Positions 37,401 through 49,757 of a stretch of 64,000 nucleotides of DNA are shown here, piece by piece. The position numbers and the translations under genes were made by a program. This DNA is from Lytechinus pictus (Eukaryota), in assembly GCF_037042905.1 (NCBI RefSeq), contig NC_087250.1, positions 20,276,001 through 20,340,000 on the forward strand. Reading direction: 5' to 3'. Within the stretch, counting starts at the first letter, position 1. Each line of letters opens with the position of its first letter. The notes beneath the pieces are model-generated. The model did not search any database. It saw nothing but the letters and a program-made list of their open reading frames with translations, and was not told the origin of the DNA.

Positions 37401-40400
37401 AATAACCGAGTTTTCAAATATTAATAAACCGCTTTTTTAATCAAATCCCTTTATTTTCACATCTCTAAAAAGCAAACAAGATACATTTTATCGTGATCAA
37501 AATGATAATAAAATGCTAATAATAATGATAGTAATAATAATGACAATGATTATAATAAACACATTTATTATGCGCCATTTATCTGTAGTAAACTATTTTG
37601 AGGGGCAGAGGGATGGGAATACAGATTTGCTCGCTGTGTGGGTGTATGGACAGATCAAATTACCTTAAAATATTCAACAAATTAAAGTAAGAAGAAAACT
37701 GATAGGTTTTTAAAAACTTGTTAAATGCTTCAAGCGATTCTGCTAATCGGGTCCTCAGGGGAAGAGCTTTCCAGAGAGATGGAGCTGAAGAGACAAAATC
37801 CTTTTCTCCTAGCATCATATTTATTTAAAATTTGATAAAAAAAACATCCAGATGACTCCACAATGATAGAGTAAAATAACAGTAAAAATTGCGAAATTTG
37901 TGCAAAATAACAAAATAATACACAGCAAAAACTGTGATGTTAACCGGTGTACATAGAGGACCACACTAGTTATTCTACTCCGGTGTTAAATTGATGGTGT
38001 TAGTTTAACACCTATAGGTGTTATTACAACACCATTGGTTGTTACATTTACACTCTTTGGTGTTATGTTCAATCTCTAGGGTGTAATTTTAACACCTCGG
38101 GGTGTGGTCCTCTATTAACACCAACTGGTGTCAGTTTTAACACCACAGTTCTTAAATGTGTAAGGTAATGAATGGGATGTGAAGGAGTAGAATAAAGTTA
38201 TTGGGTTGTGATATATACTGTACACTCTAACAACGAATCAGTCAAAAATGACTAGTTAATAGGGTCAGCTGGGTGCAACTATTATTCTAGTCATATTTGA
38301 CTTTTTTTTCTAGTCGTATTTTACTAGAACAGAGTTATTTCTTAGTAGAAATTATGTCAGAAATGTGACTAGCATATCAGTTGCACCCAGCTGTCGAGTC
38401 AATTTGACTGATTTGTTTGAAGACTGTATGCTGTATAGATTCATTTAATATTTTATATTCATACTTTGTTTCTATTTAAATTAATTATATTGTATTTGTT
38501 TTATTCAACGTCTGTTTAAATTGTAAAGCGCTTAGAAACTGCTTTGTATTAAGCGCTATATAAATGCTCCATATAATTTTTTTTTTATAATGATAAGTTT
38601 ACAACTAAAAAACAAGAATAAGGCATTCAAAATTCCATACTTTTTATTACAACTTCCTTCTTAATAATGGAGGAAAAGTCCGATTTTTTAAAATTTCTAT
38701 GACGAAAGGTTTTCCGTTCGAAATGAGAGATGACAAATTCCTATAAGTTTAAATTTTTGCTCAAATATCTCAAAAGGATCATATCCCCTTCCTATACGCA
38801 TCTTCGCTTTATTAATGACTCTCTTCTCCCTCTCATTATTCTTATCCTTCTAATTCCCCTCTCCCAAATCGCCCTCTTTATCTGTTTGTCTATCTGTCGT
38901 CCTTCCCCTACCCACCCCCGCTTTCTCTCACCCCCCCCCTTCAATTTCTCTCATTGTCGTCCCCACAGTACGTCATGATCGGGTGTGCAAACTTGACACA
39001 AGTTTTTGAGAAGAAAAAGAGAAACCGCGATGACATCATGCCGGTAAGTTTTGTGTTCTTCTTTTCCATAAATATGTTTATCTTGTTTGTCCATATGAAC
39101 TGCCTCCCCCTCTCTCTCTCCCTCTCTTTCTCCCTCTCTCTCTCTCTTTCTCTTTCTCTCTCAGAGCTGCATTCAGCGGAATGGCTGGATGGGGTGGGTC
39201 AGATTGGATAAGTCCCCCCCCCCATTTAAAAAACCTCACAAGGTTTGACCGAAGTATTTCAAGTTTTATGTGACTAACAATATAATGATTTACTTTATAT
39301 ATCGGTTGGTATGGTTGTCTCGATGTTCTCAAAGTAAATATTGGACATAAAAAAGCCTGGTATGTGTAATAATCATTTGCAATCCAACACCCCAGGCCTG
39401 TGCGGAAAACACCATTTAGATTAATCGCTCTTAACGATACATCTATATCAATAAATATCATTGTTGTTTAAGCCTTTGATACTGTTACTTTTATTGATTT
39501 GGAGAGATAATGATTCTTGGAAACATTGCCGTAAGTAGACATTTTTCCCGGGAGGGGGGGGGGGGGGCAAGATGCATTAACAATTAAAAAAATCAAAAGC
39601 GAGGGAATAAAGCGACCGAGCTTATTTTGGGAACACTTACTTGCATATTTAAAGCGAAATAGGAGGATTATTTGTGCACAATTTTGGTGACTTATGTGAA
39701 AATTTCCAGTAAAAACTGTAAAGTTTTCGAATTTTCTAGGGGGCAACTACCCCCTGCCCCATAAGCTGCATATGGTCATGCTTGGAGATAAAAGGATAAA
39801 AAATATGTTTTCAAAGCTAAAAATGTAATCTATTTTGTTCTGTGTACCATTTTAGTTTTCATTCACAGTCATCCTCTGTAACTTCTTGGGCCTGATCGTC
39901 GCCGCCATCTGCATCGGGTTCGTTACATGGGGAGCGTGGTCATCGATCACGGCGACCGGCGCGTTGACCGTACTCCAGCAGGAGAACGTCGAGCTCTACA
40001 CCGCCATCATCCTGGCCAATATTTTCATCCTCTTTCTTGCTCTCATCGCCATGTTTGTCGACTGCTGCGCAGGTTCTATTTTCGGCCCAAGTGCGCCCTC
40101 TGAGGTATGTATCGTATAATCCCCATACAAATTGGGCACTGAAACTGGATAGCGCTCGTTGCATAACATAATTAACAGTATATGGGACCATACCAAAACG
40201 TAAGAAACATAAGAAACAACCACTGATCTGATAGGCTATAGATTAGTGGAAACAACACGAACACGCAAGATGAAAAGTATGGAACTTTGTGCGCTCTTTA
40301 CCTTTCGGAGGGGAAGTTCACCCTGACAAATTAAATTTATTGTAAAAAAGCAGAAGAATAATAAAAGATATTGCCGAAGGTTTGATATTTCTTTTTTTAG

Positions 40401-40621
40401 AATTTTATTTATTGATCAAATTTCATAGCAACATAATAAAAAAGACATCAAACGTCTGGTCAATTTCATTGAAAACTGGTTAGTTTGTTTATATATATAA
40501 TATGACATGTGTTTATAATCTTATTCACTTTCAGGCTGTTAACGAACTGGTTCGGAGTTCGGTTTCACTGTAAATGACCCTGATATTTCTGAAGATGCAC
40601 GAAATATGGAAACCCATCCAA

Positions 40622-40703
<82 letters not shown>

Positions 40704-40812
40704 AATATATGTATATATAATTTAATTTTTTTATTCCATTCACCAGAGACCACAACAGATGATGTATTACGATTACCCTCCAAGGCAAATACCAGCTATC
40801 TACAAAGCTTAA
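34491..40812 (+). CDS. MS4A/CD20-like four-transmembrane protein, paralog A, 175 aa. Coding exons 34491-34628, 38969-39043, 39856-40104, 40747-40812
   Basis: GT-AG phase-0 introns. MFRQKFLGFTGVVMIAYGIILALQ...VPLWCGLL | YVMIGCANLTQ...DIMP | FSFTVILCNFLGLIV...LIAMFVDCC...APSE | RPQQMMYYDYPPRQIPAIYKA*. Four hydrophobic segments. The PLW[CG]G motif resembles the MS4A TM2 motif GYPFWG. Family assignment is by motif recognition only. Confidence 0.85.
34700..35549. repeat. Degenerate repeat with periodic GCGCTTCGCGCTCGCA motifs, ending in a hAT-like terminus
   Basis: Motif variants at about 34779, 35089, 35198 and 35331; ends in GCTGGATCCACCCCTG. The reverse motif occurs at 23997-24135 and about 56708. 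Confidence 0.5.
36055..36420. repeat. Short tandem duplication, unit about 160-180 bp
   Basis: AGTTAAAGACAAAATATGATTACA occurs twice, and a GCGA[GA].TTTGT anchor three times. Confidence 0.65.
37505..37818 (-). mobile_element. L2-like LINE 3' relic
   Basis: The minus strand translates to GEKDFVSSAPSLWKALPLRTRLAESLEAFNKFLKTY, resembling an L2 ORF2 C-terminus, followed by GGCGCATAATAAAT and a (TAT)n tail. Confidence 0.7.
37921..38160. mobile_element. CAC-terminus MITE rich in GGTGTT/AACACC, uninterrupted copy of the host family
   Basis: TA|CACAGCAAAAACTGTGATGTTAA ... TTAACACCACAGTT...TGTG|TA. Relatives at about 3905, 15815, 42062-42455 and 61620. Confidence 0.75.
38223..38426. mobile_element. 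CACT/TA MITE; second copy at 45668-45877
   Basis: TA|CACTCTAA...AATCAGTCAAA / TTTGACTGATTT. GGGTCAGCTGGGTGCAA and TATGTCAGAAATGTGACTAGCATATCAGTTGCA are shared. Confidence 0.75.
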
Positions 40813-40834
40813 TATGTAAGTAATCAGACGGTGA

Positions 40835-42075
40835 ACAATAATACTACACAGCGAAAACAATTTTACTAGAAAACGAAAACAATACTACTACATAACGAAA
40901 ACAATACTACTACATAACGAAAACAATACTACTACACTACGAAAATAATACTACTACATAACGAAAACAACATTACTACACAACAAAACATAATACAACA
41001 CAACTAAAACAGTAATACTACACAACGAAAACCATAATACTACACAACAAAAGCAAAAAATACTACCCAACAAAATCAATATTACTACACAACGAAAACA
41101 ACAATACGACACAACGAAAACAATAATACTACACAACAAAAATTATGTGGTGTTAACTGGGGAGTATTTCATGAAAGGATTTGTAGGAACTTTCACACAA
41201 CAGTTACCATAGTAACAGTGCCTCTAAGCCCATCAAAGTCAAAGAAAGTTTTCAGATCTGACAATACTACTACCCAACGAAAACAATAATACTACACAAC
41301 GAAAATAATACTACTTCACAACGAAAACAATAATACTACACAATGAAAGCAATAATACTACACAACGAAAACAATAATACTGCACAACGAAAACAATAAT
41401 ACTACACAACGAAAACAATAATACTACACAATGAAAGCAATAATACTACACAACGAAAACAATACTACACAATGAAAACAATAATACTACACAACAAAAA
41501 CAGTAATACTACACCACGAAAACAATAATACTACACAACGAAAATAATACTAAACAACGAAAACAATAATACTACATAACGAAAACAATACTACTACATA
41601 ACGAAAACAATACTACTACTTTACGAAAATAATACTACTAAATAACGAAAACAATAATACTACACAAAAAATAATACTACACAACTAAAACAGTAATACT
41701 ACACAACGAAAACCATAATACTACACAACAAAAGTAAAAAATACTACACAATAAAATCAATATTACTACACAACGAAAACAACCATACGACACAACGAAA
41801 ACAATAATACTACACAACAAAAATTATGTGGTGTTAACTGGGGAGTATTTCATGAAAGAATTTGTAGGAACTTTCACACAACAGTTACCATAGTAACAGT
41901 GCCTCTTAGCCTATCAAAGTCAAAGAAAGTTTTCAGATCTGACAATACTACTACCCAACGAAAACAATAATACTACACAACGAAAACAATACTACTACAC
42001 AACGAAAACAATAATACTACAAAACAAACACAGTAATACTTCATAACGAAAACAATAATACTACACAACGAAAAT
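40835..42075. repeat. Minisatellite, unit about 22 bp (ACTACACAACGAAAACAATAAT), with embedded duplicated MITE halves
   Basis: Directly visible. Partial Harbinger-MITE copies at about 41157-41263 and 41838-41944, 681 bp apart. Confidence 0.92.
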
Positions 42076-42091
42076 TATGTGGTGTTAACTG

Positions 42092-42229
42092 GGGAGTATT
42101 TCATGAAAGGATTTGTAGGAACTTTCACACAACAGTTACCATAGTAACAGTGCCTTTAAGCCTATCAAAGTCAAAGAAAGTTGTCAGATTTGACAACTTG
42201 TCGGACAAAAATAATCAGGAAATGCTCCC
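42092..42229. mobile_element. Harbinger-like MITE with CWG TSD nested in a CAC-type MITE
   Basis: CTG|GGGAGTATTTCATGA ... TCAGGAAATGCTCCC|CAG. Reverse-orientation relative of 3941-4100. Confidence 0.75.
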
Positions 42230-42912
42230 CAGGTGTACCTAGAGGACAACACCGGTCATTTGACTCCGGTGTTTAATTTAAAGTGTTAGTTCAACATCCA
42301 TGTGTGTATGTGTGTATGATTACAACACATGTACCACTTTGGTGTTATATTCAAACTCAACAGTGTATAGTTTTAACACCTGAAGATGTTGTTCTCTTTG
42401 GACACCATTTGCTGTCTGTTTTATGTTTTAACACCCACGCTTTTCTTTCAGTGTATTATGATTAGATTTATGTTTGCCCTAGTTTGTCAAATAGAAGCAA
42501 GTGGCGTACCATTACCGAAATTTAGCTTTTGATGTGTATACGTTTTCAACATATCTCTTTCAGGGCAGTCGTCTATGCTATAATCTAATTGATGTATGTT
42601 TATGTACTCATTTACGTTGTATGTACACCTATTTTGATTATGATGTGGTGTTTTTGGTGTTGAATAAATAAACTTGAACTTGTGTCATAGAAAACATTTT
42701 CTCTGAGATACGGCTAGTTTACAATAAAGCTAGTAATGCATTGGTATATGCGTTAATGACGGATTAATTTTGCTCTTTTACTTAAAAATTACACGTTTCT
42801 TTTTTACTTGACCTTTCATCAAAGTAGGATAGGAATGCCTTGTGGTAATTACCAAAATAGATATAGACCAATTAAATATACTTATCCCTTGTATTGTTTG
42901 TTATTTTAACAG

Positions 42913-43150
42913 GGTTTTTCTTCCACGAAATGAACTCCGCTCCTCAATTACACTGGCCCAGAGATACAGCAGAAAAGGAACCACAGCATAAAATATTCTT
43001 GGTAATCTAGTTATCCTGGCAGACATATATCGCAAATGAATTTTAATCTGTAATGACGAAGAACATCAACACAAGTCATGTATATAAACCAGGAAGGAGA
43101 ACTTTTTTCTTATCCTGCAAGCTGCAAAAAATCATGAAAAACGAATCATG
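42913..43150 (+). other. Putative 3'UTR exon of paralog A
   Basis: Donor GTAAGT at 40816, 3 nt after the TAA stop. Next good acceptor is TTGTTTGTTATTTTAACAG|42913. The 3' end is not determined. Confidence 0.45.
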
Positions 43151-44221
43151 CAACGGAAGGAATGGGGGGGGGGGGGGACAAAAATAATTATGAAATTGAA
43201 TGTTGATCATTAATGAAAGGTACATAATTGCCAAGAATAAGGAAGAAATAATGAAGTCCGGTATTCCATAAAAGTGTGGTTTGAAATTCTAGTTTAGACT
43301 GGGGTTAAACCGAAGTTTAATTAGCAGAATACTACCCATACATTGTGTTTTAAGTTATCACGTGAGTTTTTTCTCAAATTCTGCTATAATTGGGGGTAAG
43401 ATGTTCATCATTATAACATTGCCAAGTATGCTATTCCCTTTTATGTAATTCTGTATATATTTTTTTAGTTCGTAAGGTAACTCTGGAAAACACCCCCCCC
43501 CCCCACTCTCTCTCTCTCTCTCTTTCCCTTCCTCCCTCGCCCTCTCTTCCGAATCTAAATGTCTCTCTATGTACCCAGCCTTTTTGTACAAATTTTATTC
43601 TTCCCTGTCCTGTCTGCATTCCTAACATTACATTTTTGAGGGATCCATCCATATAAACTTCACAAGAAAGTAATCTCAAATATGATTGACTTTTACAACT
43701 GCTGGATTAATAATTTAATCTAAATTTTGGACTGGTTCTCCATAGTCTCAGTAGTCAAATACGCTTCTTTACTTTTAGACTGTGGGACGGTCGTTAAAAT
43801 TGTTATTTGTGGTACTCACTTTTTGTTCTTTGACCTGTTTCCCTCTGCCCCTCCTCTCCCCTCACCCCGTTCCTCATATTTACCCCTACCCCCCCCCCAT
43901 CTCTCTGGCTCTCTCTTTCTAGCTATGCAGCTGTAACACACACAGGCAATCTCACGTCAAACTTTCCATCTTTTTACTTTTCATTTTCATAAAGCTGCCA
44001 ACCTCATGTACATCATGTCTTCCTTCCGCTATCTTTGTATCTTGATTTCCAGCATTATGCACATCTATATTTACATATTTTATATATTGAATTACCAATA
44101 CCTCTTTACCACTTTCGTAGACAATTGTTAAGTTTTTTTTTTTCTGCTGAGTGTGGGTGTGTGTTTGTGAGTGTGTTGTGTGCGTGCGTCACATGGTGTA
44201 TGCGTTATTATATAAGATTTA

Positions 44222-44441
44222 GGGGGTGTTGCAAGAAAATATTTGCAATCAATCGCAAATATTCTGTTGCAGTTTTACAGTTGATTGATCACTTTTAACT
44301 TTAGCAAATCAGATTACACTCCTTGTTTCACGGATCAGATTAGCAATCAATCGCAAATTTGCAATTAACTGCACGGCATATGCTTGATTTCGGGAATGAA
44401 AATAGACTTGCAAAATGATCCAGAGTTTCTTGCAACGCCCC
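44222..44441. mobile_element. Harbinger-like MITE
   Basis: GGGGTGTTGCAAGAAA ... TTTCTTGCAACGCCCC. Confidence 0.7.
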
Positions 44442-44618
44442 ATTTTTTTTTTTTTTTTTTTTTTTAGTAGAAATGTATAATTTGTGTAAGTCTTCTTGAT
44501 ATGCAACTCATGGTGTCGTGGTTAAATGTGTTGCAGTAAGACCAACGAAACCGATTCCAACTGTCATTTTTGGGTGACACGACATTTGCTCAGGACCTGC
44601 GACATTTGCTCCGGTTTT

Positions 44619-44935
44619 ATTAGGTAGTTTTCGCATTTACTACAGAGGCACTCTCTACAAAGCATCGTTTCCTTTGAAAATCCAATTAAAATCACAATGG
44701 AGAGCTGAGATGCTTCTGTCGAAAGTTGGTGGACCGGGACAGCATCGAAATCTCTTGACTCCGAACAACGACATATTTGCAATTGTTTGTCCGGTGTAAA
44801 TATTCGGATGATCTCCTCTCTCAGTCCACCAGCTTTCGACAAAAGCCTCTTAGCTCTTCATTGTGATTTTAATTGCATTTCAAAGGAATTAATACGTTGT
44901 AGAGTTTCCCCGTAGTAAATGCGAAAACCTACTGA
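44619..44935. mobile_element. TIR element
   Basis: GTTTTCGCATTTACTAC / GTAGTAAATGCGAAAAC form a perfect 17-bp inverted pair. Confidence 0.7.
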
Positions 44936-45337
44936 TATCTCATCAGAGAGCATAAGCAATAGAGTTTTTTTGGGGTCTGAATAATGTACAGATAAGGATT
45001 ATAGGATTCATTAAGAGTTGGAAGTTGAGTTTTATTTTATGTTTGTCTTGACGTGCAGAATTTCCATCGGAGCAATTGTCGCCGGAGAAAATATTATGAA
45101 AGCCATTTTTAATCGGTCTAAACTAGATTTCGTTGGTATGGCTGTAACATTTGTATTTAGATTTTTTATTATTATAATCAGCGTCGTAGTTTTGGAAATA
45201 TTTATGAAACATGTGTTTCTTTCACTCGTTGATTTCAACTAGTCTCAATTATGTCTTATTCATTATTGGCTTAAAGGACTCGTAGAGGCTTATCCTATAG
45301 ACTAGACCTATAAACTGTATAACTATACAGTCAGTTA

Positions 45338-45508
45338 TACCTTTGTCACATTTGCTCTACGGCGGCCGTACGGCGAGTCGAAAACAGCCGTTTTATTAAT
45401 TCTAATGCAAACCACCTATATATCATGTATATAGTTGGAACAAAAAATGTTAAAACGGCTGTTTTTGACTCGCCGTACGGCCGCCGTAGAGCAAATGTGA
45501 CCAAGGTA
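45338..45508. mobile_element. Young PIF/Harbinger-like MITE with about 58-bp TIRs and TTA TSD
   Basis: TTA|TACCTTTGTCACATTTGCTCTACGGCGGCCGTACGGCGAGTC... is mirrored with 2 mismatches and ends ...AAGGTA|TTA. Fragment at 59288-59311. Confidence 0.85.
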
Positions 45509-46004
45509 TTAAAGATGTAAAAATAAGCACTCCAGCAACGGGTTAAATCGGCAGTTTCCTTTTCGGTCTAAAGTAAGATTGTTATTAGAAATCTACTTTT
45601 TTTTTTAATATGCGTAAATTTGATTAACTACATTCTAGGTTTTAATCACATGACTTAATGATAAGTACACTCTAAAAACAAATAAGTAAAAAACGACTAG
45701 TCAATGGGGTCAGCTGGGTGCAAGTTTTATTCTAGCCATATTTGACTATATTCTAATCGTATTTTACTAGAACAGGGTTTTTAATAACTAGAATATATGT
45801 CAGAAATGTGACTAGCATATCAGTTGCATCCAGTTGACTACTTGTCGAGTCAATTTGACTGATTTGTGTTAAGAGAGTAGAATCATACTCAAACACGGAT
45901 AGAATGGAACGATTTTCTGGTAGATATTCTCCAGCTTATGCAATCATAATTATGTCTTTCGTTGATCATATTGATATATATATATATATATAACTTTCGG
46001 GGTA

Positions 46005-46600
46005 CACTCTTAAAAAGGATTGGTCAAAAACAGTCATCTTGATGGTATACATGTGATGCTAGTTCAAAGGTTAAAAGGGTAAAATTTATAGGGGGAAGTT
46101 CACCCTGACAAAATAGCTAGTTGTAAAAATAGCAGAAAAAATATTGCCAAAGGTTTGAGAAAAATCCATCAAATAATAAAAAAGCTATTAGAATTCGAAT
46201 TATTTTAATTGTGACGTCATATGCGAGCAGCTTTCCAACATCAATGAAATATAATTTTCTCAGAAAATTGAAATGGTTTTTACTGTACCTTCAATATGTC
46301 AATAGACAAATAATTTCACACCGTTACTAAAGAGAAAACCAAAATAAGTCAACGCAAACCATTAAAAATAACATTTATGCGTTAGCATATGGTCAGCTGC
46401 TCGTTTATGACGTCACAACTTTAATGGATTTTGCTCAATCCTTCACCAATATCCCTTATTTTTCTGCTATTTTTACAACAGACATTTTTTCAGAGTGAAC
46501 TTCCCCTTTAATAAAAATTTGTTAAATGGTTCTAAAACATTTTTATCGGATATATGTTTGCAGGTGCATCACTTATTTTTGGCCAATCCTTTTTAAGAGT
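46005..46600. mobile_element. CACT MITE containing a nested TTAA/Kolobok-like MITE (46090-46507)
   Basis: Outer ACTCTTAAAAAGGATTGG / CCAATCCTTTTTAAGAGT. Inner GGGGAAGTTCACCCTGA / TCAGAGTGAACTTCCCCT|TTAA. A partial copy of the inner family lies at 40309. Confidence 0.8.
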
Positions 46601-48475
46601 CCGGGGCTGTAATATTACGAATAAAACATATCTGTTAAGATATCAGACAGATGATAGATGTGACAAGTCCTGCTTTCTCGGTTTTCTATCTTCCCCGAAA
46701 AGCTGCATGTACATTATATGAGAGGTGACGAGAGAGAGAGAGACATGAGAGAGGGAGGGGAGAGGGTGTGTGTGCGTACGTAAGGGTGATTATGGGTGTG
46801 TATGTGTGTATGAGAGAGGAAAGAGAGAGATTGAGACAGAGGGAACGATGATACGAATGAAATGATGTGATGGAGAAAGAAAGAGAGTCGGATACATAGA
46901 CAAATATTTTTTTTCGTTTCTACAGTGTGTTAAAACGAACCTAAAGAAAACCGCCATGATGCCTTTATATAACAATTTAAATACTATCACTGATCAGATT
47001 TAATTAAAATGATTGAAGTAGAATAATAAATCCAGAAAAATGAGATGGGACAGGAGCAACAAATGGTGAGAATTGGTCTTAGTTCTTATGTATTTGATAC
47101 TGAGTGCCCTCCCCCCCTTCCCCTCAATACGTTTAGCATGCAATGGAACCCACCTGCATCTGTCTTTCTTTTCTCAAATGTTCTGGAAATGTTGTCCATG
47201 AATCTTCATCAAACCATCACCATTGAAATTCTGATAACATTTAAAACGGGACGAATTGGGCAGCAATGTGCTGGTCTCTCATTAACTGTGTTAGTCCTAA
47301 AATCTAGCTTTGCAGAAAATGAATTAACATGTCTTTTGCTTATATTTAGAAACAAGTGTTTCGATATGAGAATAATACCTTTTTTCTTTTTTTTTCTTGG
47401 TATATAACAAAGCTATTATGGTAAGAATGTACGTTATGATTAAAGTAAACCTACATGCAGATTGTAAAATAATAACTACACTATAGGGTATGGAAGCTTT
47501 AGAATGTGGTCTTATAATCATTTCCAAAACTGTATATTACAAGACTACACTACTCAGAATGTTGCATTATGGGTTAATAACCGGGTCAGATTTGAAATGT
47601 TATAGGTGGCGCTGTTCAATGCTTGCTAGTTCGACTTTGCGTTGATACCTTTCCCCAAACTACATGGGTTCAGCATAGTCTGCTGGGCAAACCCTTCACT
47701 CGAGATAAGGGTCTGAATGTGCAGCCTACTCATGCCTTGTATTGGAACAGTCGGTTTTGTATGTGCTAGTCTTTGCGTGGAGGCACACTTGTTGATCAAA
47801 GTTCCAATGAGGGTCTGTGCCTGCAGACTAGGTTCTGCATGTTTTGCTTGCATTCAAGGGAATACATCAAATCATATCAGATCTTCTCATTTCTTGACTG
47901 AAGTCGTGGCATTTTTTTTTTTGGGGGGGCGGCTAAATTGAGATTTTCGCGATCAGCAACGAAAGGCCAGTCTTAATTGATCGTACTGCAGTGGGGACGA
48001 GGGATAGATGTCTTGAGAAAGATTTAAATAAAGACCAAACAGTGATATACATATACATGCATATGAATACGAAAAACACAATTTATTTCATTTAATTAGA
48101 CTACACATTCGAAAATGAGATTAATACAATGACGAAAACAAATCATGGTCAAATACATGGATATATCAAGGTATTTAGTGAATATAAAAAGTAGGCCAAT
48201 ATAGATTTCGATTAAACGAAATGTTAGATCATATAAATGACTTATTAATTGCTGTTTAATTCTGAATTGTTTTATACATTACACACATTATCAAGGACTC
48301 TGTACAAAACATGCAGGGACATTTATTATCTTTCAGACAAATAGAATACTGAATTCGCGAAAGGCTGAGAGTAAATCTGGCACGGTTATTTGACATTCAT
48401 TATAAGCGGCATGAACACAAACAACCTATTCCAAAGTAATGATAAAAAATGATAACAAACAGCAACAACAATAAC

Positions 48476-48509
<34 letters not shown>

Positions 48510-49078
48510 AAATGATGATGATTATTATTATTATAATTATTACTATTGTCACCATCATCATTAAAATACTTGTTATCTTAAATGATAATATAAATGAGGT
48601 AATTCATGAGTTTGAGTAAGCTTGGTGAAAGAAATGTTAATGAAAACTAACCCAAACCATAGAAAGGTGTTCATAGAAAAACAAAATATTTACATTCAAA
48701 TAACAAATAACTGCATTAAGGCAACTTTCAACTAACATAATGGACGAACACGTAACACCAATATAAATTATCTCCCTTGTATAAAAGAAGAAGCTGCATA
48801 TATATATCAGTCAATACACTTTGAATAAATCCATTCAGGTATAGAATTTTATATGTAGACAATTTTCGCCTGTATTAATGCAGGTGACAATGGTAAAGGC
48901 ATGGATGTTGAAATAAACAGCGCCCCTTTTGACGAAGTAAAATTAAAAACGTATACATGTAATTGCAGATGACTATTTCGTATAGCCGCAGTCGATTATC
49001 GCTAGTTTCTTGGTTGTTTTTGTTGATCAGGTAGGTAACTCGCTCTATAGAATTATTTTTGGATATTTAATCCTTAAA

Positions 49079-49620
49079 AGGGGAATCTAAATTTGGTAAT
49101 AAAGTTCTTGTAATAAAAAAAGGAGAAAAATTGGAACAGCTTGGTGAAATACCAACGAGGAAAGATATGATTATTTGAAATAATTTAATCACCACAGGAA
49201 TAAATATAAATGTCAAAGCAGCAACTTGACAAGTAGATTTTGATCATTAGTAAGGGCAACTTTCTAGGTTTGTATGATCGTGCGGCTTCAGGATTTGTGG
49301 TTCTCGCATCCAGGCAAGTTTTCCCTTTGGTTGTGATTGAAACATAGCTTATATATTATCTTGTTATTTCTAAATAAAACTGGTTACATGTACACATCTG
49401 AACATCAGAGAAATGGGAAGAGTTGCCATACCTTAATACATATGAATGAAATAAATTATATGGTCAATCTGAGATCCTCACAGCTTTAGTGAAAACATTT
49501 GTTCGTATTTATTTAAAAAATAATCTCATTACGTATTGTTTGGCGCATATTAGCGCTCACTATATACTTACTTGATTTTTCTCATTTCTTTCAAACAATT
49601 CCCTTCTTGGGGATTCCCCT
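49079..49620. mobile_element. Degenerate TTAA MITE downstream of the paralog B stop codon
   Basis: AGGGGAATC ... GATTCCCCT|TTAA, with TTAA at 49074. Confidence 0.55.
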
Positions 49621-49757
49621 TTAACATTTCTATGTGATTCGCACATTCATGTGAGTTATCTGTAATGTGCTGTTGCCAATTTGCAACCACCTCCATGTTT
49701 AGCGTGTAAGACCACAAAGTTCATTACTCCCTTGTAGTCATGACGTATGGTATCCCA

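Noticed and set aside
40835..42075. CRISPR-like regular repeats
   Set aside because: The units are directly tandem with no unique spacers, there are no cas genes, and the context is eukaryotic. It is a minisatellite.
42913..43010. Candidate last coding exon of paralog A
   Set aside because: Homology with B and C identifies 40747-40812 as the true terminal coding exon; this segment is at most 3'UTR.
44895..44950. CTGATGA on the minus strand as a possible hammerhead ribozyme core (also at 51689 and 57400)
   Set aside because: No stem II followed by GAAA and no closing stems could be drawn.
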